A stretch of DNA of 64,000 nucleotides from Acidobacteriota bacterium (GTDB lineage Bacteria; Acidobacteriota; UBA890; WLXD01). The notes beneath the pieces are model-generated. The model saw only the letters and a program-made list of their open reading frames with translations. It was not told the origin of the DNA and did not search any database. Shown in pieces: positions 29,796 through 40,610 of the stretch. Position numbers and translations under genes: made by a program. Each line of letters opens with the position of its first letter. Positions within the stretch are counted from its first letter, which is position 1. Location: NCBI GenBank assembly GCA_965205505.1, contig CBDBHB010000009.1, forward strand, positions 1,248,001 through 1,312,000, written 5' to 3'.

Positions 29796-31076
29796 ATGCG
29801 CCGTTCCCGAGCCGGTATCTTTCTCATCTTGTTGGCGATGGCCGCCCCCTTGGCGGCCCCTGCAGCATTTGCGGCGCAGGACAAGCCGCGAGCGCGCGAC
29901 CTGGGGGTGCCTTTCGAAGGACGCCCCGGACCACTCAACGCCATCACGGATGTCGCCGGCGTCGAGGTGGGCTACACGACATTGATCTCTGGCGAGGGCC
30001 CTTTGGTGGTCGGCAAGGGACCGGTCAGAACCGGCGTGACGGCCGTATGGCCGCGCGGCAAGGACGATGCGGCGCCGGTGCTCGCCGGTTGGTTCGCGCT
30101 CAACGGTGACGGTGAGCTCACCGGCACGACTTGGGTCGAGGACTCGGGGATCATGGAAGGTCCGTTCATGATCACCAACACCCTCAGTGTTGGCATCGTG
30201 CACCACGCTGTTGTTCACTGGGGGGTGCGCAAGAGCCTCGACTACCGCGGCGATGGCTATCCTCCTTGGCTGGCCTCGTTGCCCGTAGTCGGGGAAACCT
30301 GGGACGGCACGCTGAACGACATTCTCGGCCAGCATGTAACCGAGGAGCACGCGTTGGCGGCGCTGGCCTCGGCCACCGGCGGCAAGGTCGTGGAAGGGAA
30401 CGTCGGCGGCGGTACGGGAATGATCTGCCACGGGTTCAAGGGCGGCACCGGCACCTCGTCGCGTCGAGTCAGCGCCGCCGGTGCGGAGTACATCGTCGGC
30501 GTGCTGGTGCAGTGCAACTACGGCTCGCGCCGGCTGCTGCGCGTTGCCGGGGTGCCGGTCGGGCTCGAGATTCCCGATCTCATGCCTGGTGTAGACGGCG
30601 GGGCGCCCGTCGCCGACACCAGTGCCTGGCCTCCCGGGCTCGCCCGTGAGGGACGCCACGGCCCGTCGCGCGATGCCGCCGCGGCGCCCGACGAGTTGGG
30701 GTCGATCATCGTGCTCGTCGCCACCGACGCACCGCTGCTTTCCCATCAACTAAAGCGCGTAGCGCGACGCGTCTCGCTCGGACTCGCCCGCAACGGTAGT
30801 GTCTCCGGCAACGGATCCGGTGACATCTTCATGGCCATCAGCACCGCAAATCGTGATGCCGCCAACACGCGCTCCGGTACCGCGAGCCTCGAGATGCTGG
30901 CGAACGAGGAGACCGGCCGATTCTTTGCCGCCACGGTACAAGCGACCGAAGAGGCGGTGATCAACGCTATGGTGGCGGCCGAGACCATGACGGGCGCCGA
31001 CAACGTCACCGTCCACGCACTGCCCCACGAGCGTCTGCGTCAAATCCTGCGCCGTTATAACCGGTTGCAGGAGTAG
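29796..31076 (+). CDS. DmpA-like aminopeptidase (peptidase S58/P1 family)
   Basis: RARDLG..PGPLNAITDVAGVEVG, VRTGVTAV, EGNVGGGTGM, G|SII autoprocessing site, GSGDIF. Confidence 0.92.
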   Translation: MRRSRAGIFLILLAMAAPLAAPAAFAAQDKPRARDLGVPFEGRPGPLNAITDVAGVEVGYTTLISGEGPLVVGKGPVRTGVTAVWPRGKDDAAPVLAGWFALNGDGELTGTTWVEDSGIMEGPFMITNTLSVGIVHHAVVHWGVRKSLDYRGDGYPPWLASLPVVGETWDGTLNDILGQHVTEEHALAALASATGGKVVEGNVGGGTGMICHGFKGGTGTSSRRVSAAGAEYIVGVLVQCNYGSRRLLRVAGVPVGLEIPDLMPGVDGGAPVADTSAWPPGLAREGRHGPSRDAAAAPDELGSIIVLVATDAPLLSHQLKRVARRVSLGLARNGSVSGNGSGDIFMAISTANRDAANTRSGTASLEMLANEETGRFFAATVQATEEAVINAMVAAETMTGADNVTVHALPHERLRQILRRYNRLQE

Positions 31077-31172
31077 GCGCGTTTCGTGCGGCTACATCCC
31101 CGAGCCATCGGTGGCCGATGCTGCTGGCCAGAGCTTGAGCCGATGACGTGTGGGGTGCCACGATGGGCGATC

Positions 31173-32720
31173 ATGCGAACCTGGTTCCCGAAGACGGTCG
31201 CGTTGCGGCTGGCGCTTGCTGGCGTGATCGCCATTGCGCCCACCGTGCAGGCTCCTGCGCAGCAGTCTGCGGAGACGCCCGACCAGACCGTACAACCGGG
31301 CGAGGTCGCCGATAACATTCAGAGTGAACACAACCCGGAGCAATCGTTCGCCGTTTATCTGCCGAGCGCCTACACACCCGAGCGGTCGTGGCCGGCGCTG
31401 TTCCTGATGGATCCACGCGGGCGCGCCCGCGTACCGTTGGAGCTGTTTCGTCCTGCGGCAGAGCGGCTGGGCTACGTGCTCGTAAGCTCGTACAATACCT
31501 CATCGGACGTATCGGAGGACGTCAATTCTCCGGCGCTCGAAGCGATGCTCACCGATAGCACGCGCCTGTATGCGCTCGACAACCGGCGGTTCTATCTAGG
31601 TGGTTTCTCCGGCACCGCCAGGTCGGCATGGGAGTTCGCAGAGCAGCTCGAGTCGTTCGTCGCCGGGATCGTCGGATTCGGTGGAGGCTTGCCCGGCACG
31701 TTCGTGCTTCCCGACGAGGCTCCGTACGGCTACTACGGTGCTGCTGGGACCACGGATTTCAACTATGACGAGATGCGTGCGCTGGATCGCCGCCTCGATA
31801 GCGGTGGTATTGCCCATCGGTTCGAGTACTTCGTCGGCGGCCACTCCTGGGGTCCGGAAGAGGTGTGCTCGCGGGCGCTCGAGTGGATGGAGCTACGAGC
31901 GATGAAGACCGGGCTCCGCACGCCCGATAGACCGTTGGCGGCAGATCTCTATACAAGACGCGTGCTCGAGGCGCAGGCGTGGGAAAGCCGCGCGCGGGCG
32001 GCGTATTCGGGTGGCGGCAGCGCGCCGGGCTCGGTAGCGGGCGATCCAGTCATCGGTCGACGCGCCATCGATATCTACGAGGCTTGGCTGCGCTACTCGG
32101 GACTGCTGGCTGACTTCGACGGGGTGATCGGCCGTTCGGCGCTCGATCAAATCGCCGAAAAGGTCCGGGCTTTCGAGGATCTCGACGAGGTGGTTGCGGC
32201 GGCCAACCTCGCCGACCGACTCTCGGCGCGGCATCGCGCCTACGTGGAGGAGCTCGCTGCCGTCGTTCAGGAGCTCCGCGCCGGCGACCGACAGCTCAGT
32301 GCGCCGGAGCTGATCCAATACCTGGATTTGGAGGAGCTCAAGCGCCAGGCTGGTGTGACCGACGATCCCATGAGGGCGCAGGCGATGCAGCGGCGCCTCG
32401 AATCCGTCTTCGTGCTGTTCGCTTTCTACCAACCTCGCGACTACCTGGCACAGGGCGACCCGGGGGCGGCGCTCGAGTTGCTGGGGGTGGCCGACTTCAT
32501 TCGGCCCGACACCTTCAGCGTGCTGCTGTACCAGGCCCGCGCGCACGCCCAAATCGGGGACGGCGAACAAGCGGTCGAGACGCTACGCCGAGCTCATGCG
32601 ATCAGCGGGCTCGATGCGAGCGTGCTCGATGATGATCCCGACTTCGACCCGATCCGGGAAGCTCCCGGATTTCAGGAGCTGATGGCACAGATCCGAGCCT
32701 CTGTGCAGTTGCCGCGTTAA
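31173..32720 (+). CDS. Secreted alpha/beta-hydrolase-like protein with C-terminal TPR
   Basis: YLPSAY, GGFSGTAR nucleophile elbow, GGHSW, C-terminal DPDFDPIR. Confidence 0.7.
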   Translation: MRTWFPKTVALRLALAGVIAIAPTVQAPAQQSAETPDQTVQPGEVADNIQSEHNPEQSFAVYLPSAYTPERSWPALFLMDPRGRARVPLELFRPAAERLGYVLVSSYNTSSDVSEDVNSPALEAMLTDSTRLYALDNRRFYLGGFSGTARSAWEFAEQLESFVAGIVGFGGGLPGTFVLPDEAPYGYYGAAGTTDFNYDEMRALDRRLDSGGIAHRFEYFVGGHSWGPEEVCSRALEWMELRAMKTGLRTPDRPLAADLYTRRVLEAQAWESRARAAYSGGGSAPGSVAGDPVIGRRAIDIYEAWLRYSGLLADFDGVIGRSALDQIAEKVRAFEDLDEVVAAANLADRLSARHRAYVEELAAVVQELRAGDRQLSAPELIQYLDLEELKRQAGVTDDPMRAQAMQRRLESVFVLFAFYQPRDYLAQGDPGAALELLGVADFIRPDTFSVLLYQARAHAQIGDGEQAVETLRRAHAISGLDASVLDDDPDFDPIREAPGFQELMAQIRASVQLPR

Positions 32721-32728
32721 CGTGCGCT

Positions 32729-33421
32729 TCAGCGACTGTCGGTGACCGGCTCAGCCACCTTGTCGAACACTCGGCGAACCGAAATCGGTTCGTCGAGCCT
32801 CGGGCTCTCGATCTCGAGTATCAACACCAGACGATCGGCCTCGGGTAGCACCTCCCAGGTTTCCGTCGACTTGAAGCCGCGGTCGGCGGCGGTGGTGATC
32901 TGGAGCTTCCCGTCGGCCCACTCCGACTTGATCTCGGCGCGCGAGCCGTCCGGCAGCTTGCGCTCCACCCAGAGCCCGTCGGCAACGACGTAGCGCAACA
33001 AACCAGTCTCGTTGGCCATCATCAAGCCGGGGTCCTTGCTGGTGATCTCGATCTCGTTGCTGGTTGCCCATCCCAGACCGGGCCCGCCGGCGCCTGGGTC
33101 GGGCCGTCCACCGCCGCCGCCAGGAGCACCGCCGCCGCCGGGTCGTCCGCCGCCACCACTACCGGGTCGCCCGCCGCCGCCACCACCACCGGGTCGCCCG
33201 CCGCCGCCACCCCCGCCGGGTCGTCCGCCGCCGCCCATTCGCATGCCACCGCGGCCGCCGCGCATGGCGTCACGCATGGCCTCGCGGGGGTCCTCGCTCA
33301 GCTGCTCGTCGAGCAGCCAGGTGCCAGCCATCAACGAGACGGTGGTTGAGAATTGCGGCTTGGCCTCTTGCTGCAGCACGCCGCCGATCATCACCGTAGC
33401 GATCAAGATCCAGGTGCTCAT
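32729..33421 (-). CDS. Hypothetical secreted protein with Gly-rich repeat
   Basis: Signal peptide, AGTWLLD..LSED, (GGGGRP)n at about 33110-33240, VRRVFDK C-terminus. Confidence 0.7.
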   Translation of the reverse strand: MSTWILIATVMIGGVLQQEAKPQFSTTVSLMAGTWLLDEQLSEDPREAMRDAMRGGRGGMRMGGGGRPGGGGGGGRPGGGGGGGRPGSGGGGRPGGGGAPGGGGGRPDPGAGGPGLGWATSNEIEITSKDPGLMMANETGLLRYVVADGLWVERKLPDGSRAEIKSEWADGKLQITTAADRGFKSTETWEVLPEADRLVLILEIESPRLDEPISVRRVFDKVAEPVTDSR

Positions 33422-33712
33422 CAGGACTCTTCCTAGGTGCTCTGTGGCAGGGGCCCACTTTCTAGCCAGGGTGCTAAAGGTTAGACGCCTTTGTGGCGCG
33501 CAAAGACGACACGTTGCTTGCAGAGGAGCGTATGGGCCCTGCACTGGTGCTCGGTCTTGACGATGGGTCTCGTCTTTCCCTCGACGACCGCGGCTCATTG
33601 GCGACGCGACCAGGCGGTAGGATGAACAGGCGGGGCACAGGTTCCGCCGGGCGCTCTCCGTTGGAGGCTTGGCCGCCTCCCAGTCCTGCCCCTCTACCGA
33701 TAGCTGCGATCG

Positions 33713-35644
33713 ATGATCTCTGTCTCCGGCCTCTCGAAGTCGTTCGGCGCCCAGACGCTGTTTACCGACGTGACGTTTCGACTCAACCCCGGCGAGCGCT
33801 ATGGGTTGGTCGGCGCTAACGGCTCGGGAAAGACAACGTTGCTGAATCTCCTGATCGGCGTCGAGCAGCCGTCTGAGGGCTCCGTGGCCATCCCGAAGCG
33901 GCTCAAGCTGGGGACGCTGCTGCAGGACCAGTTTCTCTACGAGGATGAGGAAATCCTCGGCGTCACGATGATGGGCAATCGCGAGCTGTGGGAGGCGATC
34001 GTCGAGAAGGACGAGGTGCTGGCGAACGCCGAGGCGCACTTCGACAGCGACCGGTATGCCGAGCTCGAAGACATCATCGTGCGCCACGACGGCTATTCGG
34101 CCGAAGCCCGTGCGGCCGAGGTTCTCGAAGGGCTCGGGCTGCCGACCGCGGGTCATCGCGACGCGCTCTCGACGCTGTCCGGTGGCTTCAAGCTACGGGT
34201 GCTGCTGGCGCAGGTCCTGGCCGGCTCGCCCGACATTCTCCTGCTCGACGAGCCCACCAATCATCTCGACATCGTGTCGATCCGTTGGCTGGAGAAGTTC
34301 CTGCAGAACTTCGCCGGGCCAGTGGTGGTGATCTCGCACGATCACCGCTTCCTCGACAACGTCAGCACCAGCATTCTCGACGTCGACTATCAAACCGTGA
34401 CCCTCTACGCGGGTAATTACACCGCCTTCCTGAGCGGCAAGCAGGCAGAGCGCGACCGCAAAGAGAAACAGATCGGCAAGCGCGAGAAGGAGATCGCGCA
34501 CCACCGAGCTTTCGTCGACCGCTTCCGTGCCAAGGCGAGCAAGGCCCGGCAGGCACAGAGCAGGGTGCGGATGATCGAAAAGAAGGCCGAGAGCCTCGAG
34601 ACCCTGCCGCCGAGCTCGCGGCGCTACCCGACGTTCCGCTTCTCGCAGGTCCGTCCGAGCGGCCGAGAAACGCTCAAGATCAAGGGCATCGCCAAAGCGT
34701 TCGGCGACAACCAGGTCCTGCACGGCGTGGATCTCACCGTTCGACGCGGTGATCGGCTTGCGATCATGGGGCCCAACGGCATCGGCAAGTCGACCCTGCT
34801 GAAGATCATCGTCGGGGAGCTCGCCAGCGACTCCGGCGAGGTCGAATGGGGCTACGAGACCTACCCCGGGTATTTCGCCCAGGATCATCGTGAACAGCTC
34901 AAGCCCGACGGCCAGACCGCCGAGGCCGCCATCCACGATGCGTGGCCGGGCGAGGCTATCGGCTCGGTGCGTGCTCAGCTCGGCCTGGTGCTGTTCTCGG
35001 GCGACGAGGCCAAGAAACGCCTGGGCTCATTGTCGGGTGGGGAAGCGGCGCGACTGGTGTTTTGCCGGCTGGCCGTCCAACAGCCCAACGTGCTCGTCCT
35101 CGACGAACCCACGAACCACCTCGACCTGGAGTCGATCGAAGCGCTCGTTGAGGGGCTGCGGAGCTACGACGGCACGCTGATCTTCGTTTCCCATGATCGT
35201 TGGTTCGTCGCCCAGTTGGCTTCGCGTATCGTCGAGATCAAGTCGGATAAGATCCTCGACTACCAAGGCAGCTACGACGAGTACGTGCACTACTGCGGCG
35301 ACGATCATCTCGACGTCGACACCGTCGTTCTCAAGGCGCGCAAGAAGAAGCGCAAGGCCAAGTCGGCGGCTGGTGGGCGCACCGACGGCGAGCGGCCAAG
35401 CCCCGAGCTGCAGAAGAAACTGCGGCAGTTGAGGTCGCGTCGCGATCAGATCGCCGCCACGATCGATCAAGCCGAGGCGCGCGTGGACGAGATCGACGAG
35501 CTGTTCTGTGATCCCGCCTACTTCGATCGCAGCCGCCCGCTGGTGCGTAAGGTCGAGGCCGAGCAAAAGCAGCTCAGGGCGAAGGTGGAAGAGCTGATGG
35601 CGGAGTGGGAGACCACCGAAGCGGAGCTCGAGAGCCACCGCTAG
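33713..35644 (+). CDS. ABC-F family ATP-binding protein
   Basis: Two ABC domains (GANGSGKT, LSGG, LLLDEPTNHLD and GPNGIGKST, LSGGE, LVLDEPTNHLD), no TM segments, coiled-coil tail. Confidence 0.95.
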   Translation: MISVSGLSKSFGAQTLFTDVTFRLNPGERYGLVGANGSGKTTLLNLLIGVEQPSEGSVAIPKRLKLGTLLQDQFLYEDEEILGVTMMGNRELWEAIVEKDEVLANAEAHFDSDRYAELEDIIVRHDGYSAEARAAEVLEGLGLPTAGHRDALSTLSGGFKLRVLLAQVLAGSPDILLLDEPTNHLDIVSIRWLEKFLQNFAGPVVVISHDHRFLDNVSTSILDVDYQTVTLYAGNYTAFLSGKQAERDRKEKQIGKREKEIAHHRAFVDRFRAKASKARQAQSRVRMIEKKAESLETLPPSSRRYPTFRFSQVRPSGRETLKIKGIAKAFGDNQVLHGVDLTVRRGDRLAIMGPNGIGKSTLLKIIVGELASDSGEVEWGYETYPGYFAQDHREQLKPDGQTAEAAIHDAWPGEAIGSVRAQLGLVLFSGDEAKKRLGSLSGGEAARLVFCRLAVQQPNVLVLDEPTNHLDLESIEALVEGLRSYDGTLIFVSHDRWFVAQLASRIVEIKSDKILDYQGSYDEYVHYCGDDHLDVDTVVLKARKKKRKAKSAAGGRTDGERPSPELQKKLRQLRSRRDQIAATIDQAEARVDEIDELFCDPAYFDRSRPLVRKVEAEQKQLRAKVEELMAEWETTEAELESHR

Positions 35645-35672
35645 CAGCGTCGCTGCCAAGCCGGTCCGCGAG

Positions 35673-36284
35673 CTACTTGCCCGGTTTCCGCACCGTATGG
35701 AGGTCCATTACGACCTCGCCTTGCGACAGGATGCGCGCCTTCCGATCGATGAAACCGGCGTCGCGCAGGGCCGCCTTCACGTCGTCGGTCCCCACCCCGT
35801 GCATCTCTTGCACGTCGTGGTCCTCGGCCACGTAGAAACGGCCTCCGGGAACCAGCACGCGCAGCACTTCGGCAAGACCGTCCCCGATGTTGTCCCAGTG
35901 ATGCAAGGAGTTGATCGACATGGCGACCGTTGCGGTGCAGTCGTCGAGCTGCAGTGCGGCGGCGCCGCACTCGATGAGCTCGATAAGCTCGCCGTCTGGA
36001 CACTCTGTGACCTGCTGCCTGGCGATACGCATCATGCCGGGAACAGGATCGCAGCCGATCAACCGACCCTCGGTCACGTGCCGGGCGGCGTGACGAAGCG
36101 CACAGGCGGTGCCGCAGCCAATATCCACCACGACATCGTCGGCTCGCCAGTCGATTGCCTCGACGGTCATGCGGTTGCTAGGCCACTCGCCGTATTCTCG
36201 TGCGTACCACTCTGCCGTCTCGTCGGACCAGTCGGAGTGGTGGTCGTGTTCCTGTTGATCCGTTGCGTTCATGGCCGTCTCCAT
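35673..36284 (-). CDS. Class I SAM-dependent methyltransferase
   Basis: VVDIGCGTA, SLHHW, EVLRVLVPGGRF. Confidence 0.88.
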   Translation of the reverse strand: METAMNATDQQEHDHHSDWSDETAEWYAREYGEWPSNRMTVEAIDWRADDVVVDIGCGTACALRHAARHVTEGRLIGCDPVPGMMRIARQQVTECPDGELIELIECGAAALQLDDCTATVAMSINSLHHWDNIGDGLAEVLRVLVPGGRFYVAEDHDVQEMHGVGTDDVKAALRDAGFIDRKARILSQGEVVMDLHTVRKPGK

Positions 36285-36336
36285 TTGAGAAGTTCGACTA
36301 ACTAATTAGTTGCCAAAAACAAAACGATCCGAGAGG

Positions 36337-36786
36337 TCATAGCTTGGCTACCTTGGCGAGGGCACGCTCCAGTTCGCGGTATTGCTCGGGCTCCAGCAGC
36401 TTTTTCATCCTCGCAGCCGTCCGCGTATAGACGGCATGCGCCTTGCCGAGCGACGTGCGCCCTTCGTCGGTCAGCATGATGTGCTGTGCTCGGGCGTCGT
36501 ACCGACAGGGGACTCGGCGGACAAGGCCGCGTCGCTCGAGCTTCTGCACCATGGCGCTGGCCGAGGCCTTGCGCACTCGCATCTCCGAGGCGACCTCCGA
36601 CACGTGGTGACCGTCGGCGAGATCGTCGGGCGAGGCCGAAAGCGGGTTGTCATCGAGCGTATCGACGGCGCGCAGGTACTCGTATTCGTTGTAGGTCAGC
36701 CGGTTCTCACCGCCTGAGTGTTCTGTGTTCTGCCAGCTGCGTGCGAGGTGGCGCTGCAGATGCTCCAGAGACTCGCTCAGTTTCAT
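36337..36786 (-). CDS. MarR family transcriptional regulator
   Basis: VSEVASEM.VRKASASAMVQKLERRGLVRR...DAR..IMLTDEG. Confidence 0.88.
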   Translation of the reverse strand: MKLSESLEHLQRHLARSWQNTEHSGGENRLTYNEYEYLRAVDTLDDNPLSASPDDLADGHHVSEVASEMRVRKASASAMVQKLERRGLVRRVPCRYDARAQHIMLTDEGRTSLGKAHAVYTRTAARMKKLLEPEQYRELERALAKVAKL

Positions 36787-36888
36787 GGGACCGTGTTGTC
36801 GGTTAGATAGTTAGGAAGACTAAATAATAATTTAACGCCATCGGAGCGTCAAGAATCTCCAGAAGGGTGCGTCGAGTTGGTCCAACAG

Positions 36889-37292
36889 TCAGCGCGGCGG
36901 CCACCACGTCCAGGCCCGTGGATTGTGCTCGAAACCGACGCGCGGGTAGTAGTCGTTGGCGGCCGGCGCCGAGAGCAGGGTCACGAAGCAGGTGGGCTCG
37001 AGGCATCGCTTGGTGATTTCGATCAGCTCGACACCGATGCCACGACGTTGCCATTCGATGTGCACGGCCAAGTCGGCGAGGTAGGCGCAGTAGGTGTAGT
37101 CGGTGAGCGTGCGAGCGATCCCGACGAGCTCGCCCTCGTCCCAGGCGGTCACGATGAGGTCGGAGTTGTCGATCATCCCTGCATCACGTGCCGGTCTTCG
37201 ATCGGCCGCCGCTCGCCCAGCGTCGAGATGCGATAGAGCTCGATCACCTGATCCAATGTAGGTCGCCGTGAGCTCGAGTAGATAATCGGCAT
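36889..37292 (-). pseudogene. GNAT acetyltransferase with a 1-bp frameshift near 37176
   Basis: MPIIYSS..IELYRISTLGERRPIED..MQG / MIDNSDLIVTAWD..LVGIART..YLADLAV..QRRGIG. Confidence 0.75.
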
Positions 37293-37866
37293 ATTGGCTG
37301 CTAGCGCCCCTTGATTTCCTTGGCGGCCCGCAGGCCTGAGAGATAGACGCCGTGGACGGTGGCGGGGTGTTCGCGACTGGTTGCCTCGCCGGCGAAGAAC
37401 AGGCGACCCTTGACGGCGCGTCCCAAGCGCCGCCGGTGCACCGATTTGGCGCCGGGCGGCAGGTAAGAGTATGACCCGTAGGCATACGGATCGGTGTTCC
37501 AACACGTGATTCAGTACCCCCATCGCGAGCGCCTCAATAGCTTTGCGCTTCTGCCTGGGCAGCGCCGGAGTGAAGGACACGTCGCCGCCGCGGAACTCCT
37601 TGCCCTCATCGAGCGTGCGGACGGACATCAGCGCGGCGTCGGCGGCGAACTCGTGCTCCAGCTCCGTGTTGACCAGGAAGGCGAGCTGTCGGTCGTTGAG
37701 GAAGTCGAGATCCCCCTGAGCGCCAGCATGGCCTTGCGGAGTGTCAATCGATATCTCCCGATCTGCCGTTTCCAAACGGACGATGCCCGTTGACGGTATC
37801 GTACTAGCGTCTGCGGCCGGCCTGCCTGCTAGAACCCTGCCCTGACTCCACCAGAGGAAACCCGCC

Positions 37867-39324
37867 GTGAGCCTCCGCCGCACCACGACCCGCGTCGCCG
37901 CCATGCCGGCGTTGAGCTTTCTGATCATCACCAGTCTGGCGCCCGCCGCGCCGCAGGAGGCCAACTGGCCTCGTTTCCTCGGACCCGCCGGGATTCCGGT
38001 CGGCGATCACCCTGACCTGCCGGACACCTGGTCGCGGACCGAGAATGTCGAATGGTCGGCAGAGATACCGGGCATGGGCTGGTCCTCGCCGATCGTCTGG
38101 GGCAACAAGGTGTTCCTTACGGCCGCCACCAGCGATCAACCAATGAAGCAGCCGAGCTTCGGCGTCGACTTCTCCAACGACTACATCGCCGAGCTCCTGG
38201 ATCAGGGCCTGGAGATGGACGAGGTCATGCGCCTTTCCGAGGAACGCGACACGGAGCTCGCCGATGCGATCGTCATCCGCCTGATGCTCTACTGCCTCGA
38301 CCTCGAGAGCGGCGAGATTCTCTGGGAGCGGGAGGTACACCAGGGCAACCCGCCGGTGGGGCGTCACCGCAAGAACAGCTTCGCCTCGGAGACACCGGTG
38401 ACCGACGGGGAGGTCGTATACGTCTACTTCGCTCATCGGGGGCTGTACGCGTACGACTTCGACGGCAACCAGCTATGGACGACCCCCCTGAATCCCTATC
38501 AGGTCTATTTTGATTTCGGCGGCGGTACCTCGCCAGCGCTGCACGAGGATCGCATCTACATCCTCAACGACAACGAGGAGGCCGGGTTCGTCGCGGCTTT
38601 CGACAAGCACACCGGAGAGGAGATCTGGCGCCGCGCGCGCCTCGGGCTCGGGGAGCACCGCAACTCCGGCTGGTCGTCACCGTTCGTGTGGAGCAACTCG
38701 TTGCGTACCGAGCTCGTCACTATGGGGCCGGAGACAGCGATTAGCTATGACCTCGAGGGCAACGAGCTCTGGCGCATGAAGAAGATGTCGTTCATGCCGA
38801 TTCCGACGCCGTTTGCCGCCGGCGATGTTCTGTACCTGACGGCCGGCCCCCCGGGGGCCGGCTCGTGGCCGATCGCGGCGATCACGCCGGGTGCCGCTGG
38901 AGACATCACGCTGGACGACGGCGCGACCAGCAGCGAGCACGTGGTCTGGTACGACTGGCGCGCCGGTACCTACCTGAGCACGCCGGTGCTCTACGAGGGA
39001 CACCTGTATGTGCTGCAGGACAAGGGCATCATTGCCAAGTACGATGCCGATACGGGTGAGCGCATCTACCGGTCGCGCATCGGCCCTGGCGCTAGCGCCT
39101 TCACCGCGTCGCCCTGGGCCTACAAAGGCAAGATCTTTTGCCTGAGCGAAGACGGCAACACGTACGTTCTCGGCACCGGCGACGAGTTCGAGTTGATCAG
39201 CGTCAACGAGCTCGGTGAGTTTGCCCAGGCCACGCCGGCGTTGGTCGGCGATCGCTTGCTGCTGCGCACCCAGCAACATCTATGGTCGATTCGCGCCTCG
39301 ACAGGAACGGGCGCGCGCGACTAG
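37867..39324 (+). CDS. PQQ-binding-like beta-propeller repeat protein
   Basis: NWPRFLGP, PGMGWSSPIVWG, FASETPVTDG, FTASP. Paralog of 312-1631. Confidence 0.87.
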   Translation: MSLRRTTTRVAAMPALSFLIITSLAPAAPQEANWPRFLGPAGIPVGDHPDLPDTWSRTENVEWSAEIPGMGWSSPIVWGNKVFLTAATSDQPMKQPSFGVDFSNDYIAELLDQGLEMDEVMRLSEERDTELADAIVIRLMLYCLDLESGEILWEREVHQGNPPVGRHRKNSFASETPVTDGEVVYVYFAHRGLYAYDFDGNQLWTTPLNPYQVYFDFGGGTSPALHEDRIYILNDNEEAGFVAAFDKHTGEEIWRRARLGLGEHRNSGWSSPFVWSNSLRTELVTMGPETAISYDLEGNELWRMKKMSFMPIPTPFAAGDVLYLTAGPPGAGSWPIAAITPGAAGDITLDDGATSSEHVVWYDWRAGTYLSTPVLYEGHLYVLQDKGIIAKYDADTGERIYRSRIGPGASAFTASPWAYKGKIFCLSEDGNTYVLGTGDEFELISVNELGEFAQATPALVGDRLLLRTQQHLWSIRASTGTGARD

Positions 39325-39382
39325 CGCTCCTGAGGAGCGCGAGTCATTGCCCATCATAGCGATCTCGTGTGACGATACTCAC

Positions 39383-39922
39383 ATGTCCGATTCGTTGACC
39401 AAACTGTCGAGCTCTCGCTGGCTCGGTCCCGCCGTGGCGCTGGGCGCCGCCGGGGTGCTGGTGTCGATAGAGGTTCTAGACGAGCCCGGTATGACCGTCG
39501 GCGAGGCGATGGTCGAGTCGATCGAGTCGATCCTGCTCGTTTCGATCGCGGCGATGGTTGCCTACCTGTTCGGCCGCGTGAGCCGCCAGGAAGCCGACCG
39601 GCAGGCGCTGTTGGCCGATCTGCGGGTGGCTCGTGTCGAGGGGGCTCAATGGCGATCGGAGATGACCGAGCTGCTGCGCGGGCTCGGAGCGGCGATCGAC
39701 GCGCAATTCGATCGCTGGGACCTCACCGACGCCGAGCGCGAAGTGGCGATGCTCATGCTCAAGGAATTGAGCCATCGGGAAATCGGAGCCGTGCGCGACA
39801 CGAGCGAGCGCACGGTGCGGCAGCAAGCGCAGGCGATCTATCGAAAGGCGAACCTCAGCGGCCGCACGGCTTTGTCGGCCTTCTTCTTGGAAGACCTGCT
39901 GCTGCCAGCGAACGAGCGCTAG
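39383..39922 (+). CDS. Membrane-anchored LuxR-type HTH regulator
   Basis: Two TM helices, then IDAQFDRWDLTDAEREVA..LSHREIG..TSERTVRQQAQAIYRKA. Confidence 0.85.
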   Translation: MSDSLTKLSSSRWLGPAVALGAAGVLVSIEVLDEPGMTVGEAMVESIESILLVSIAAMVAYLFGRVSRQEADRQALLADLRVARVEGAQWRSEMTELLRGLGAAIDAQFDRWDLTDAEREVAMLMLKELSHREIGAVRDTSERTVRQQAQAIYRKANLSGRTALSAFFLEDLLLPANER

Positions 39923-39949
39923 CGCGCCGGCGCTCAGTCGGCGCGCCGC

Positions 39950-40600
39950 CTAGCAGCGGCCGCGGTGGCGATGATCATCATCGTCATCATCGTTCGCCTC
40001 GAGCCCCTCGAGCTTGATCTCGGTGATATGGCCAGCTCGTCCTTCGACCTCGACCTCTATCAGCGAGCGGCCGTTGGCGAAGACCAGCTCTGCGACAGGT
40101 TGGCCGTCATCGAACTCAAGCTCAGCCTCGACGAGGGTGCCGTTGACGACGGCTTGCCCGCTGGCGATCAGCTGCTCGAGGCTCAGCTCCGCGTGACGTA
40201 GCACCCGCATGTACCGGGCAAGCTCGCCGTGATCTTCGTCTTCGGCCTCGTCGGTCGCTCCGACGACTTCACCGCTCGAGGCATCTACCCGCAACTCGCG
40301 GAGGGCTCCGTCCCCGACGATTGCGATCTCGAACCAGACGTTGCTGCCGGCCGCACCATGGCAGCCCTCGAGCTCGGCTTCGACCACCTCGCCATCCGCC
40401 TGCTGCCGCACTGCCGCGATGGCATCGAGCAAGCTGACCTGCGTCAGCGTCGCGAGGTCCCTACCGTCCGTTTCGACTGCACCGTCGCTGCAGTCGTCTT
40501 GCGGCGCGGGGGTGCTAGGCTCGGCAAACGTGCTGGATGCCGGTGAGAAAACCAGGCCGATTGCGGCGGTCAAGGTCGCCGAGGCGGCCGACAGCTTCAT
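39950..40600 (-). CDS. PepSY domain protein
   Basis: Signal peptide and two PepSY-like repeats (SLLDAI..GEVVEAELE..VDASSGEV). Confidence 0.75.
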   Translation of the reverse strand: MKLSAASATLTAAIGLVFSPASSTFAEPSTPAPQDDCSDGAVETDGRDLATLTQVSLLDAIAAVRQQADGEVVEAELEGCHGAAGSNVWFEIAIVGDGALRELRVDASSGEVVGATDEAEDEDHGELARYMRVLRHAELSLEQLIASGQAVVNGTLVEAELEFDDGQPVAELVFANGRSLIEVEVEGRAGHITEIKLEGLEANDDDDDDHRHRGRC

Positions 40601-40610
40601 ATGGCGTTCT

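Noticed and set aside
33110-33240. ccgccgccg-rich tandem repeat
   Set aside because: Explained by a GGGGRP low-complexity coding tract.
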